This document shows positions 51,262 to 63,870 of a stretch of 64,000 nucleotides of DNA, one piece after another (position 1 is the first letter of the stretch; the number at the start of each line of letters is the position of its first letter). A program made the translations under genes and the position numbers. The notes below the pieces were generated by a model. That model did not search any database, was not told where the DNA came from, and saw only the letters and a list, made by a program, of their open reading frames with translations. Source of the DNA: Lytechinus pictus (Eukaryota); the NCBI RefSeq assembly GCF_037042905.1, contig NC_087250.1:13208001-13272000 (forward strand). The letters are read 5' to 3'.

Positions 51262-51988
51262 AGGGCCTTTTCACACGTGAATTTTAAATCATCATTGTAA
51301 TGATGATAGCAATAAGCCAGTTCGTAGTTCCTTTCTGCGCATGATCAAAAGATTCTACGCATGATCAGAGGAAGGTCATTTGTACTAAAGTGACATGGTG
51401 GTTTAAAATCTAATGAGATAAGCACCAACTTTGATGTCTTGATAATTCATATATTCTTTTGAATTGTGGTTTTCATTTACATCCACAAAAAACAACAACA
51501 CGTCCACGAACGACTGGTTTTCACAGTTTGCCAAGTACATTGTGCAACATGCTATGATATGCATTCAAAGTATAGGAATGCAACAAATACCTTCATAAAG
51601 TGTTCATTGGTGTGCTATTCTATAGTCACCTGGTCTATTCAATTTCTTCATCCTGCTATGTAAGGCAAGCTTACGTAATATTTTGCTTTGAAATCTGCCT
51701 ATCATAATGAAAGAAATGAAAAGTCATTTGACCGAAAATTGTCCATGAGTAACTACGAACTGGTCTATTCGTATTTAGAATCATCGGACCTTTCACACGG
51801 AACTTCGTATTGTAATTTGAGTGAAACTTAACTGAAATTCACCTCCGGAGTAGAATTTGAATTCGTGATTGTGATTAGCGTTCGTGGTTCTAGTTTCGTT
51901 TTCGCACTTGCTAAAAATTTGTCATTATCCTTATTTTTCACTGGCATCATTCAAATTATGAATTTGTTTTACCGTGTGATAGGGCGGC
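51262..51988. mobile_element. Old Harbinger-type element
   Basis: gggccttttcacacg / cgtgtgatagggc ends; internal ccagttcgtagtt / aactacgaactgg inversion. Confidence 0.55.
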
Positions 51989-53319
51989 TAGTTGGATTTG
52001 TAATTCTAGTTTTGTCATGTACAGTGACTTTTGTTATACATGTTCTCGACCCCAGAAAGGAACAATGTTGTTATTAACAGAGCTGAGTGCCTTTATCCAG
52101 CTTTTCACTGTACTTTTGATTTTATTATGTACATACATTTACCTTGTACTTTTTTTATAATTTGATAATGAAAAATGAATACCAATACCAATGATTATGT
52201 GTTTATGTATTCAAACGTATGGTAAATTGGTCTGGTAGAACATCAGTAATTGTTCAATAATCATGATAACATACATATGCAAGGTTTTTTGTCAGTAAAA
52301 GAGCCATGCGTGTTAAGAGCACGACATAAATCGCCAAACTACCGTGAACACTTAACACACCCAACATTATACACATGCATCCTCCCATATCATGCATCTA
52401 GGCCCAATTAACGGACGAGCTTTCATTTTGATTTGATATGAGTGATGTCCTCTGATTGCTTTCATTTTCATGGATGTCGATCTGTAGGGGGGTGGATGGC
52501 CTGTGTTTTCACCCCCAATAATCTGAGGTATGATCAGCATTAATGATAATGGTTATAATAATAATGATACTAATAATGATTTAAATTATGATATTAGTAG
52601 AAACAACAAAATAATAATGAACATTTTGATGATGGGAGTAACGCATGAAGACTACTGATATTGTTTTTATATTATGTTTATTGCTATTGAATGAAAGCAT
52701 TCATTTCGGAAACAGTTACAAATAATTATATTGATGCGGAAAGAAAAAAAAATCCCGGATAAAATAGGCTTATAAAACATGTTCATGTGTTATGTTCTTA
52801 TTTATGAAATTTACCCCTCCACTCAAATAATAAGCGCATTGTGTGTCCTCCGTTTATTTAACCACCAGTTTGAAAATCACTTTTCAAAAATCCTTTCTGT
52901 TAAGTTTCCTTTATTCAGGTTCATGACATGACAAAGAATAAGCGGAGAACATACAAAATAAATAAGAATCCAAATTTAAGAGAGTGTATAAAAGGGGGGG
53001 AAATAACCATGAAACCGATAAGAATCATCAAAACCAGGGCTGTCGCGCTCGCATCATCAATATCCTGTTTTACAAAGTCACTATACATGCTCGGGTCAGT
53101 TTATAAAAAAAAATCAGCTCTCGCTTCGCGCTAGCATTAATCGCTTATTGAGAAACACAACTTTTTCTTTATTTATAGACATATACAACTGTCCAGAAAT
53201 TTATTTGGAATATCAACTATTTTCAGCTCTTGCTACTCACTCCGATCATTTGTTGAACATGATACCTTTCCTAACCCTTTTATTATAAAAGCATTTTCAT
53301 TGATAATTGGCATTTTGGC

Positions 53320-53589
53320 ACCGGTGTGTTGGCTCAGTTTGTAGAGCGTCCGTCTCATAACCGGGAGGTCGGGGGTTCAAACCCCGGCCGCGTCAGACCA
53401 AAAGACATTAAAAGATGGGAGTTCAATGCTGCTACCCTGTTTGGCGTTCAACGATTAGAGGGATAGAGCCTCGTCGATCTGGCGCTGCACAGCGGCTGCC
53501 GGGCCCACGATCAATTGGGCAAAGCAAATTTTCGGAGTATTTCATTTCATGTCTATTTCGAACAATAAATTATGGATTTTCATTTTCAC
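53320..53589 (+). mobile_element. tRNA-derived SINE (second family)
   Basis: A box tggctcagtttg, B box ggttcaaacccc, non-tRNA body, (ttttca) tail. Confidence 0.85.
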
Positions 53590-53615
53590 TTCGTTATTTT
53601 GATTTCATTCATAAG

Positions 53616-53746
53616 GTACCTCTTCTGGACAACAAGCGGTGGTGTAGCGGAAATTGCGAGAGTACTTGAGAATTCTGGTGACAAGGAGGTTGTAAAATCT
53701 GTTAGAGCAGAAGCAATGGGCTTAGAGCGATGTGTTGATGATACCA
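53616..53746 (+). CDS. YWTD-HYR gene exon 4: propeller blade 4
   Basis: cataag acceptor, GTAAGC donor, 131 bp phase 2-1, matching both neighbours; YLFWTTSGGVAEIARV. Confidence 0.85.
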
Positions 53747-56299
53747 GTAAGCAATAGCCCAAATATGATAGTGATAATAATGATGATAAAAAAAATAATA
53801 ATGATAGTGATACCAATTGTAGTTGTAGTGGTATAATAGCTAAAGCGTCAGGGAATAATCCATGTCGAACTCCTTTACCTCATCTCGTTAAAAGGTCCCG
53901 TTTCAGATCGAAATACCGATACTTTCACCCTGTGCTTTGCGCTCGTATGAAGTATAGTTAGATAAACCTGTTGCTCTTTAGTAGAATCACGCTTAAAATG
54001 TCCCGTTTTCAGGTCAGAATCTACCCCCCCCCCTCAGAAAAAAAAATGCTCGAGCTTGCGCTTGTATATTATTGGTTAGATATGCATCTTTTTAGTGAGT
54101 CTCTGCTAAGAGTACTAAAAATGTCAATTCTCATATCATTATAAAAACAATACCCCGCTCTTTACCCTTGCATTAAATAGATATGAATAGTTTTTTTACG
54201 ATTACAAGGTCTGAATATCATTGCGTATGAAAAATACTGCACATGCTTCTCGCTCGAATTTGTTTTGGCCTTGTCAGATACCTAATAGTGTTTGTGCAAA
54301 TAAAGCTAGTTGTACTTAAAAACGTATTTTAGCATTCAGCATTCCCCCAAAACAGATTTATTTTGGTGGCCCCCAACAAAATATCAAGGTCCCCAGCGCC
54401 CCCTGCTGTAAGAAATTCCTAACTAAACCACTGGTCGGAACATCTTTGGAGTCTTATCATTTTATATGACCGTCTAGAATTTCTCATCAATACTTTTGTC
54501 TAGAATAAACAATCAAAGTGGTGCAAGTTTATGACTTTTTTCTTTCTATTTTATATTTTATGCACATGTTGTAAAATCAAACTTGTGCTTTTTTTATTGT
54601 GTTGCAGAGCCCCTATGTAAATCAGTTACTAACTGTAAGGACTACCCTGTTAAAATTAAGCGTAAACAAAATTAAGAATTAATTTGAACAATTTGCAGCA
54701 AGCCGTTTTCAAGAAGAGTGTGTCCAATGTCGGCGTAGATGATTTATTAAATGCATTGGATGGGGTTTCTCTGTGGAATCATGTATGCTGTCCTTTCCCC
54801 TGCCCAGCATTATATGCTGTCATGAATATTCATTAGCTGGGCTGACAATGTAAACATCCCATTTTTTCTTGTTATGTTAATGCATGAAATCATAATTATT
54901 TCATGTTTCCTACATGTTTGTATAATATGTCTCCCTTATAATGAAATAGGTTGCAGCAATGTATCATTCAGTAGGCAGGTCCAGAAAAAGTAGCCTTTTT
55001 TATCCAAGTGATATTTATGACTATCGAGGGTTTTTGCATTGTTAATGAGCTCGGTGCGAAGGAATACACCCCCTTTTCCGGCCATTGCTGCTCTAAATAT
55101 CGACCAAATTTCAGGTTTTTGTTATCTTTATAAAGAATAAAATTCATTCTTTAAGTTCATGTGTCTGTATTTAAAAAAAAATAATAATAAAGGTGAATTT
55201 TTTATCTAAGACATGATACAAATTAATTTTTCCATGCAACAAAAGTTGTTGTTCTTACACTTTATTTATGTTTGAGACCAAATGATTTTTTTACATTATT
55301 ATAAAGCTAAAGATCTAAGCTTTAATATGATATAGGTTTTATAAGAAGAGGCCTTTTAGATGGGTATAGCAGCCAGATTTTCACAGGTCAAGTACATTTA
55401 GCAGATTGAAAACAGGAATTGGCCCACTCTCATTCCATTGCACTAGGGCCTGTCCAAGGTCGCATTCACCATGCGGTGATCTCTTCAAATACCCGCGACT
55501 GTTGTTCTGAGGCTTATCCAGCCAATCAGAACTGTGCATTTCTTGCTACTCAGAATTTTCAAAAATCTCGTCTGTATCTTAATGGGAAAAGCTGGCTGCT
55601 GACCCATCTAAAAGGTGCCAAATATCAAGAGTGGCATTGTGATAAAGTATAGAGTTTGAGCTTTCTGATGACATAAAAAGGATTTGTGCCCCCCCCCCCC
55701 TAAAAAAATACACGATTTGCAAGAGTGAGAAAATACCGTTTGAGGCATCCTTTCAGACATGAAATTTACTTATTAATATTTATTTTTATTCAAAAGAAGT
55801 TATCAATATAAAGGAGTAATATTAACTTTTTACTATGGTACAAAATTAATCAATTTAACTTCAGGAGAAAGTGGTTAAATTCCGTCTATGAGAAGAAAAA
55901 GGTCTCACAATTCACAAGATTTTGCAGGGATATGAATTCAGCCACGAAATGATTTTCACTAATTTCACTGATTATTCACTAATAATTTCTTGTTTGCCTA
56001 ATGAACAACCATAATTCATGCAATGGGTAACAAAACAACTAGTTTGGATATGACATCAGTTTGCTAATTGAATATTCATCAAGACATGGACAGAACTGAA
56101 TCACCGAAATTCAAATCTTTATAACTTTTGTTATTCCTTCCCGATCTCGATCAAAATTTCCAGTGTTTTGTCAGTTTGATTTTCTTTATCTGATCTATTC
56201 ATATCATTCCCGCTCTGGAGTACCCCCTTAATTGTGGAGGTTCGTGTAAAATATCAATGCAAACTTCTTATTTGTAAACTCGTTGATTTTTTTTAACAG

Positions 56300-56590
56300 C
56301 CCGTCTGTTTTACTACACGGAGTCCAGTAGATTGAGCTTAATCAATGCTGACGGGAGCGGGGATCAGACAATCAAGGTATTCTCTGACCACTCTGTGGGC
56401 TACACACCGATCAGCAAGTATGGGGGCAAGATGCTCTGGCTGGGCACGGATCCTGCCGATTTTATAGTAAACATATACGAGTACGATCTCAAGTTTTCTT
56501 CTGTCAGGCTCCTCAACAAGACGGTAACAATGAATGACGGCAGCCAGCGTACCATCGCGTATCCAGGCGCGTTAAAGATAATTTCGAATG
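56300..56590 (+). CDS. YWTD-HYR gene exon 5: propeller blades 5-6
   Basis: ttttaacag acceptor, GTAAGG donor, 291 bp phase 1-1; RLFYYTE..INADGSG..GGKMLWLG..YPGALKII. Confidence 0.9.
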
Positions 56591-56971
56591 GTAAGGTCAA
56601 TAGTTTGTTTGCTCAGAATACTGGTATACAGATGGGGGAGGGGGGTGGGCTTGGGGGTCATGGACCTACTCCCCCCCCCCCCCCATCCCGGAAAAAAAAT
56701 TATGACCAATATAAAAGAGGGTGAGAAAAAAGGATGAAAATGTGTGAAAAATCATTTTCTGAATATTATGCCCAAAAATATTACACATTTAGATATTTGT
56801 ATTCCAAAGGTTAATTTTTTTTGCTCTCTCGCTCCGCTCGCCCGCGCAGCTGCTTAGAAATTAAAAGACATGTCCCATACGCAATGTCTGGTCCCGTTCA
56901 AATGTTTGGAACATTACGCTGTTGGGGTTGGAGCTGGAGGCGGGTGTTTGGTTGCTGGAAATAACACTGCA

Positions 56972-57048
56972 CAACACAGAGGCCCGTATTCTGAACTCGG
57001 GTTTAAATTTAAGTTAAACCCGAGTTCAGAATACGGGCCTCTGTGTTG
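56972..57048. repeat. Perfect 35-bp-arm palindrome with 7-nt loop at the left end of a Harbinger MITE that ends near 60105
   Basis: 56972-57006 is the exact reverse complement of 57014-57048; the matching right TIR ttcagaatacgggcc lies near 60092-60106. Confidence 0.9.
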
Positions 57049-59417
57049 CACCTGGTTTAAAGTTGTGGTATAACTATGAAGAGCCAATGGAGCACAAATC
57101 CCTAACAATACACATTCAGTTTATTAAATCATATGACATCCAAGATGTTCATAATTGTCTGGGAATGATAACTGAAGTATTTTTCTTCATTATGAAAGCG
57201 AAAGGAAACAAAATCTTAAACATACGAAATATACAATATACATAGGCGGATCCAGGGGGGCCCCCCTATTGGCGGAACAAAAAAAAGGAAAAAAGGGGGA
57301 AAGAAGAAAAAAAAGAAAAAGAAAAGAGAGGAGAAAAAAAAGAGGAAAGATAAGATGAGGAAGACGAGTGAAAAATAAGATGAGGGGAAGACTTGGAAAA
57401 AAAGTTTATGTCACTATATAAAATGTTCGCTCGCGCTTCGCGCTTGCATTGCATTTTACGTGATTTACATATCTTGCTCAATTTGGAGCTTAAAATATCA
57501 AGTTTTGAAGTCATTATACAAAACATATTTCAGCTCGGAAATCAAACTTTCATTATTTTGTTTGATTTACAAATCGATTTTTTAAAAGTGCTCTGTAAAA
57601 ATGTCATATTAACATTTTTTACTCGCGCTGTTTGATTGTCAGGTACCTATCTTTTTCGTGTATTCCATAAAGTTTTCAAAATATCCCCATTCAGGTCTGA
57701 TTGTCAAAAAGTATCAGCTAGCGCTGCACGCTCGCATTTTGATTGGTGAGTTATGTATAATTATCTCAATATAAATTCTTTAACAAATTACTTGAAATCC
57801 CCATTTCATGACAGTTTGTCAAAAATTTCGGCTCCGATTTGCGCTGGCATTAATTGTTCAAAATATATTTAAACTCATGCATCCTATTCATAATTTCAAA
57901 AATGCTTGCATAGTATTTACAGATTTCGCGTTCTCATTATGCTTATTAGATTAATAAATAAGATTTAATAATTAAATAGTCCCTTTGTTCAGAATGGAAT
58001 ATCGACACGTTTCACTCGCGCTTGTCCTTAGAATGTCCCGGTCCTATATTATGTCAAAACTCAAAGTGATCATAATGAAAAAGATCATGGGCCCAATTCA
58101 TAAACAGTTACAGCTATTGTAATTTCGCCATTATGGCAGCTACCATGGTAACATTGATTGTGATTGGCTGCTGAGCCCTGTTGCCATGGTAATTGACATA
58201 ATGGCAAAGTTACACAGTTGTAACTCTTTAAGAAACGGACCCCAACTCTTTATTAAGAGCATATTAATCAATAAATTAACCCTTTTTCATATCGGAATAT
58301 CAATATGTTAAGCTCGCGCTTCGCGCTCGCTTTATTGATTTTCATAACAAAAGATGTATTTAAAATGCTTCGATTCTAGGTCTAAATCTGAAAGACGTGT
58401 GCGCATGTTTATTCAGAAACGCAACTTGTTCTCTATTTATATAATTTTCCAGTTTAAGATCACAATACGAAAAAAAAAGTCTGCGCGTGCTTTGTGCTCG
58501 CCTTATTAATGTAAGAAGATCCCCTATTACTAATCATTTTCATGATTTACAAAACATGAAAAGAGTATCCCGTTTTTAGGTATAAATCTCGATTTTTTTT
58601 TCCGCTTTCGCTTCGCGCTCGCATATTCTTCAGTTAGCTATCCTGTTCACGATTACAAAAATTGATTAAAATTTTCCAATCTTTGTGTAGAAATGTCAAA
58701 ATTGTTCAGCTCGCGCTTTGGGCTCGAATTATCATTGTAAGGAAGATCCCCAATTACTCATCCATTACTTGATTTACACATGATTAGAGTGTCTCATTTT
58801 AAGGTCTAAATCTCGAAATTTCCGCTCGCGCTTCGCGCGGCAACAATTGTTTAAATAGATAGCTATCCCACTTAAGTTACAAAAAGTGCTTAGAATTTTC
58901 ATTCTTTAGATTGTTGGAATATGTAACGTATTCATTGCTAACTGCAAGCAGTCCTTAACAGGTTCCTTTTCGATCAGTTAAAAACGTAGGAATAAAAATT
59001 TTATGCTCGCGCTCGAACTATTATTGTAAGGAAAATCCCAATTACTCATCCTTTTCATGATTTACAAAACATGAATAGTGTCTCGTTTTCAGGTCTAAAT
59101 CTCGAAATTTTCCACTCGCGCTACGCGGTCGCATCAATTGTTTAAATACAGAGGTGTCCTGTTTAAGTTACAAAAAGTGGTTAGAATTTCCATTCTTTAG
59201 GTGGAAAATGTCAAAAATTTTCAGCTCTCGCTTCGCGCTCGAATTATTTGATTGTTGAAATATGCAACGTCTTCATGGCTAACTGTAAGCAGTCCTTAAC
59301 AGGTTCCTATTCGATCAGTTCAAAACGTGTATTAAAATTTCTGCTCGCGCGTCGCGTTCGTAGTAATTATTTAGTTGCATGTTCATCTTTTTCAGGATAA
59401 CAAACATTGCCCAGAAT

Positions 59418-59754
59418 AATCGCTAGAGGGTATTCATTTGTCTCGCAATCTACTATGGTCAACAAGGAAATTCGTGATCACTCTCGCAAAAAGTGTTCAC
59501 TGGCTTTCTAGGAAATTCGTGATCACTCTCGCAAAAAGTGTTCACTAGCTTACAAGTTCACGAGCTTTCGAGTGCCGCTGCAACTCTTTATCAAGTGACT
59601 TTTTTGCGAGAGTGATCACGAATTTCCTAGAAAGCCAGTGAACACTTTTTGCGAGAGTGATCACGAATTTCCTTGTTGACCATAGTAGATTGCGAGACAA
59701 ATGAATACCCTCTAGCGATTATTTCAATCCGCAATAATGAACCTATTTAGTATT
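59418..59754. mobile_element. Penelope-like pLTR insert with inverted duplication
   Basis: 12-bp direct repeat attgcccagaat at 59406-59417 and 59755-59766; perfect 123-bp inverted arms; hammerhead-type motif in the spacer. Confidence 0.75.
59554..59601 (-). ncRNA. Minimal type I hammerhead ribozyme motif (U3-A8 variant)
   Basis: Minus RNA: AAGUCAC UUGAUAA A GAGUUGC AGCG GCACUC GAAA GC UC GUGAACUU. Stem I UCAC/GUGA, stem II GAGU-GC/GC-ACUC, GAAA, palindromic AGCU stem III, CUC cleavage triplet. Confidence 0.7.
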
Positions 59755-60187
59755 ATTGCCCAGAATGTTCACATTTTAGGACAAATGCATAAAATATAAA
59801 AAAAAATTAGCTCGCGCTTAAGGACTTATAAGGATTATGTGCCATAATGTTTATGTTGGTTTATAAGAGTATAAGAAGTGACTATTAGGACTACCCCTTC
59901 AAAGGATCAAACAAAGATCATCTTCGACCGGCCGATCGGAAAAATATGGCTGAAAAAAATTCCGGGCCCCCCCCCCCCCCCCCCCTATTGGCGAAGGCTG
60001 GATCCGCCCCTGAATATAAACAGAATTTGTGAAATGTTGGCTCCCCATAATTTTAGCACAGAGTTAGACCGTGGTCTAAGTTAAACCTGACTTCAGAATA
60101 CGGGCCAGAGTGTTTACAAATAGTGACCAACGCTGTTACGTGCTGAAATTGACAATATAAGTATAATTTTCCAACCATGCAAACCTG

Positions 60188-60460
60188 GGGCCCGTAACAC
60201 ACAGCTTAACAATGATCGTATATTATTTTTCTACGATTGATTGCATTGACTACAATGTTGATAATTAATAATTAATTTCCCTTTTTATGTTGAATATTGT
60301 AGTAATTATTGCAAATGTTGAATTGTTATTCCTACATTGTACGCGCTATGGTACGTTTTGTTTTTAGCGCCTCTAAATACCCATTATTATTATTATTAAT
60401 GTACAATCAATCGTGAAAATCAAGCGTACGATTCATCGCTAACCTTTGTGTTACGGGACC
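60188..60460. mobile_element. Harbinger MITE containing an L2-type tail
   Basis: ctg gggcccgtaacac / gtgttacgggacc ctg; internal gcgcta..tagcgc stem-loop and (TTA)n. Confidence 0.7.
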
Positions 60461-61190
60461 CTGGACATTGTGTTTGTTCACATTGGTCGTCAGTGTATTC
60501 ACATTACTGATTACAATAAAATGTAATTCACAATGGTAACATGCTCAAATTTAAAATCGTGAAGAGGATATCATACGTTGCACACGGTGACACACACTGT
60601 TATACGCTGTACATTGCGTTTTTTTCCAAGAAGGACTTAGGGCTCAAGACGATTATGTACTTCATGAAAGGCCTAATAGCAAAGTCCGATTTTTTTTTTC
60701 ATTTAAATTTGAATATAAATTCTAATTCAGTTATATATTATTGATTTTCTCTTTCAAAGTTCAACTAAATGCGCCAGGGTGGATCGGAAAGGCTGTAAGG
60801 AAGACCTGTTAAAATTCCGAAGTCAACGGGGTTCTATTGCTTGTAGAATGTATTTTAAATGGATAGTATGTCTGCAAGGGTTTTATGAAGTCTTGCCACT
60901 TTGTATAGATGACATTTCCAGTCAAATAGGCGTATTATATGATGGACCTGTTTTAATCTAAAAAGAGTTAAAAATTACTTATGTTCTAAGACAAAGTTCA
61001 AATAAATATTCCACGGTTGATCGGAAAATACTGTAAGGTAGGCCTGTTAAAAAATCAGCTTAATCGGAAAGTCAACCACAGGTCTGCAATTAATCGTTTC
61101 AGGAATTCTTAACAGTTAACTCCCAGCCAACACGTCATGCAAGTTTGCGTATTAGGATGAACCAATTAATTATTTTTACTCTTTGAATAG

Positions 61191-61454
61191 TTTTGTATGA
61201 CCAGCCTGTTGCCATAGAAAGATGTCCTGAGAACATCGTAGCTGTGATTGACGACAACAACAGCGCATTGCCAGTTTACTGGGTTGAGCCTGTTTTGAAC
61301 AGCTTGTCCAGTTGTCCCAGAATGAGCTTCCTGGGACCAGGAAGTAATGGCGGGGATTACCCTATTGGCGTAACTGAGGTGTCCTACCAAGCCATAGATG
61401 CTGCAGGAAACACTGATAGATGCTCATTTACAGTGACGGTTCGAAGGGCCCATG
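61191..61454 (+). CDS. YWTD-HYR gene exon 6: HYR (hyalin repeat) domain
   Basis: ttgaatag acceptor, GTAAGT donor, 264 bp phase 1-1; CPENI..VYWVEP..GGDYPIGVTEVSYQAIDAAGNTDRCSFTVTV. Confidence 0.93.
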
Positions 61455-62099
61455 GTAAGTTTCACTTCCCTTATTCTCATCAATTTCGTTCATGTTGGTG
61501 TTACCACAATAACCTTACATTGTTATTAGTTGAAGTAGTCTTTTAAAAATCATGTAGTAATAGAAATGCACACCCGAAGAAACAGAGTTCTGACAACACT
61601 CCAAGTGTTTTCACTTTAAGTCGTATTGTGGCCTTAGAAGTAGATGTATATTCGGAAGTGCCTGGCTGCTGTAGTTGTTAGCAGCAACATGATTATCATC
61701 ATCTGTGATGATACAGAAATCTTCACACTTCACGTTAATGTACGAAAATGTATAGTTCAATGGGAAATGTTAAGTTGTGGGTGCGAAGGTGAGATTTTTT
61801 ACTTGAAAATATAACATTCTGAGCAGACTTAGGATCATGAATATTTTGCGTACATTCGTGAAATTTCATCTGTGTTGGTTGATAATTAGTAAAAATTGAC
61901 CTTTTGCTCACACCACATATGGAAAAATCTGAAAAATTACCTCGAAATTATTGGCTGCTAAATGCGGCCTTCTTTAGCGATGAGTGACCTAGTGACGTAG
62001 CGATCGTAATCTGGTCGTAGACACTCGGAAGCTTGTATCCCCTCCGTCCCTATTGAGACACATTGATATATACATTGATGATAAAGTTTTTACCGACAT

Positions 62100-63800
62100 G
62101 GAAAGGGACCTGTTAAGGACTGTTTACAGTGACTCGTGAAAGGGATACATATCTCACCAATCAAAAAGTGTGAGTGCGAAGTGCGATTATTTTTGTTTTT
62201 AAGACCTGAAAATTGGACATGCAAGCACATTTGTTATTATGAACAGGATAGGTATGTAATAACGCCTTGAATGCAAGCGCAAATCGCGAGCTGAATATCT
62301 ATTTACACAGACCTGAAAAGGAAAACCCGATAAGGACTATATACCATGACTCATGAAGAGGATGCATATCTCACTAATGAAATAATGGGAGCGCGAAGTG
62401 CGATCAGAAAGTTTATATACATGTAGGCCTACATTGACCCGGAAAGGAACGTTTCAAGCACTATTCGACTTGTAAGAAGATGATACGTATGACAATTTAT
62501 CAAATTTGCAGGCGCAAAGGTCTAGCTTATTTTTGGAGTATATTAAGATGCAAGAACTTGGCATTGTCTAACGCATTCTTTCATTATTCCAAAAAGTGCA
62601 TCGAATGTCCCGTATTTGGTCTAAATCTTAGAATAATGCAGCTCGCGCTTTTCGTTTGCAATTATTGTTTGAGATACACATTTTATTATCAATCAATGAT
62701 GTGCTTAGATTGTCCAATTGTCAGGTTGGAATATCAACATTTTCTGCTCGTGCTTCGCACTCGCATCAGATGATTACCTTTATACCCATCCTGTTCATGT
62801 TTGCATTGCTTCAAATATCCTGTCTTTACGTATAAATCTAAATATATAAAAAAGTCAGATCGCGCTTTTTGCTCGATTTTTTTTTGGGGGGTGATAAAAA
62901 ATGTGTTTAAAACTGTCAATTTTTAAGTCGAAAAATAAAAATATTCAGCTTGCGTTTCGCACTCGCATGAATTGTTCAGTCAGATCCGGTCCTCTCCTCT
63001 CCTGTTCATCATTTTATAAAGTGCTGATAATGTTTCCATGTCAAATAATGCAAAAGTTCAGCTCGAGCTTCGCAGTAATTACTTATTGATTAGTTTTACA
63101 TGTACATCCATCCTGATCTTGATTATAAACAATGCTTAGAATGCCCAGTGTTCATGACAAAATGTTAGAAATTTCGCGCTCACATGAATTGCTTAACTTT
63201 CTGTCCACTTTTTTATGGTTGATATTTTCATAAGTAAAATTAGATCGCACTTCGCGCTTCAAACTGGTCTTTATTCTATATGTGCTTGAAGTGTCCAGTT
63301 TTCAGGTTGAAACTTTTCAGAATAGGTACCTATCCCGTTCACGAAATTTATTTGTATAGTCTTTTTTTTTTTCTTTTTTTTTTAAAGGTTCGAGTGTCAG
63401 AAAAACGAAATTCCAGATCACGCTTCGAGCTCGCATTGTTTGATAGAATACCCATCCTGTTCATGATAAAAAGAAAAATGCTGAGGATGTCCACCATTTT
63501 TCAGGGCGAAGAAAAAAAAATCAGTTCGGGTTTCCCGCTCGCATCAGTTATTTTGATATTTTACCCATTCTGCTCATATTTACAAAAGTGCTTTGAAATG
63601 TCAAGTTTTTAAGTTGAAATATATAAAAAAGAATTACCACACCCACATTATATGATTGGTGAGTTGTGTATTCTATTTACGAGTCACTGTAAACAGTACT
63701 TAGCTGATCCTTTTGCATGCCAGTATATAAAAAAATTCAGCTCGCGTTTCGCGCTCGAGTGTATTATTAATGATTAGTAAAGGTGCTCAGAATTTTTGTT
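62100..63800. repeat. Decayed ctcgcgc-repeat element body
   Basis: Many degraded gctcgcgcttcgcgctcgc units, in inverted orientation before about 62500. Confidence 0.6.
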
Positions 63801-63870
63801 TTCATAGGATATCCAAAGTTGTTAGCTCACGCCCACACAATAATAAGACTAACGAATAATTGTTGGTTAA

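Larger units (their letters stand above)
57241..60012. mobile_element. hAT-like element with ctcgcgcttcgcgctcgc repeats, nested in the Harbinger MITE
   Basis: ggcggatccag / ctggatccgcc termini; aatata duplicated on the flanks; contains a MITE (about 58088-58243) and the Penelope-like insert. Confidence 0.75.

Noticed and set aside
53320..53395. tRNA-Met-like gene (CAT loop)
   Set aside because: Poor acceptor stem and continues into a SINE body with no T-run terminator; the same applies to the head at 23315-23390.
60760..61085. Possible EGF remnant (APGWIGK) before the HYR exon
   Set aside because: No Cys pattern, early stop; part of a short local duplication (about 60775 and 61012).
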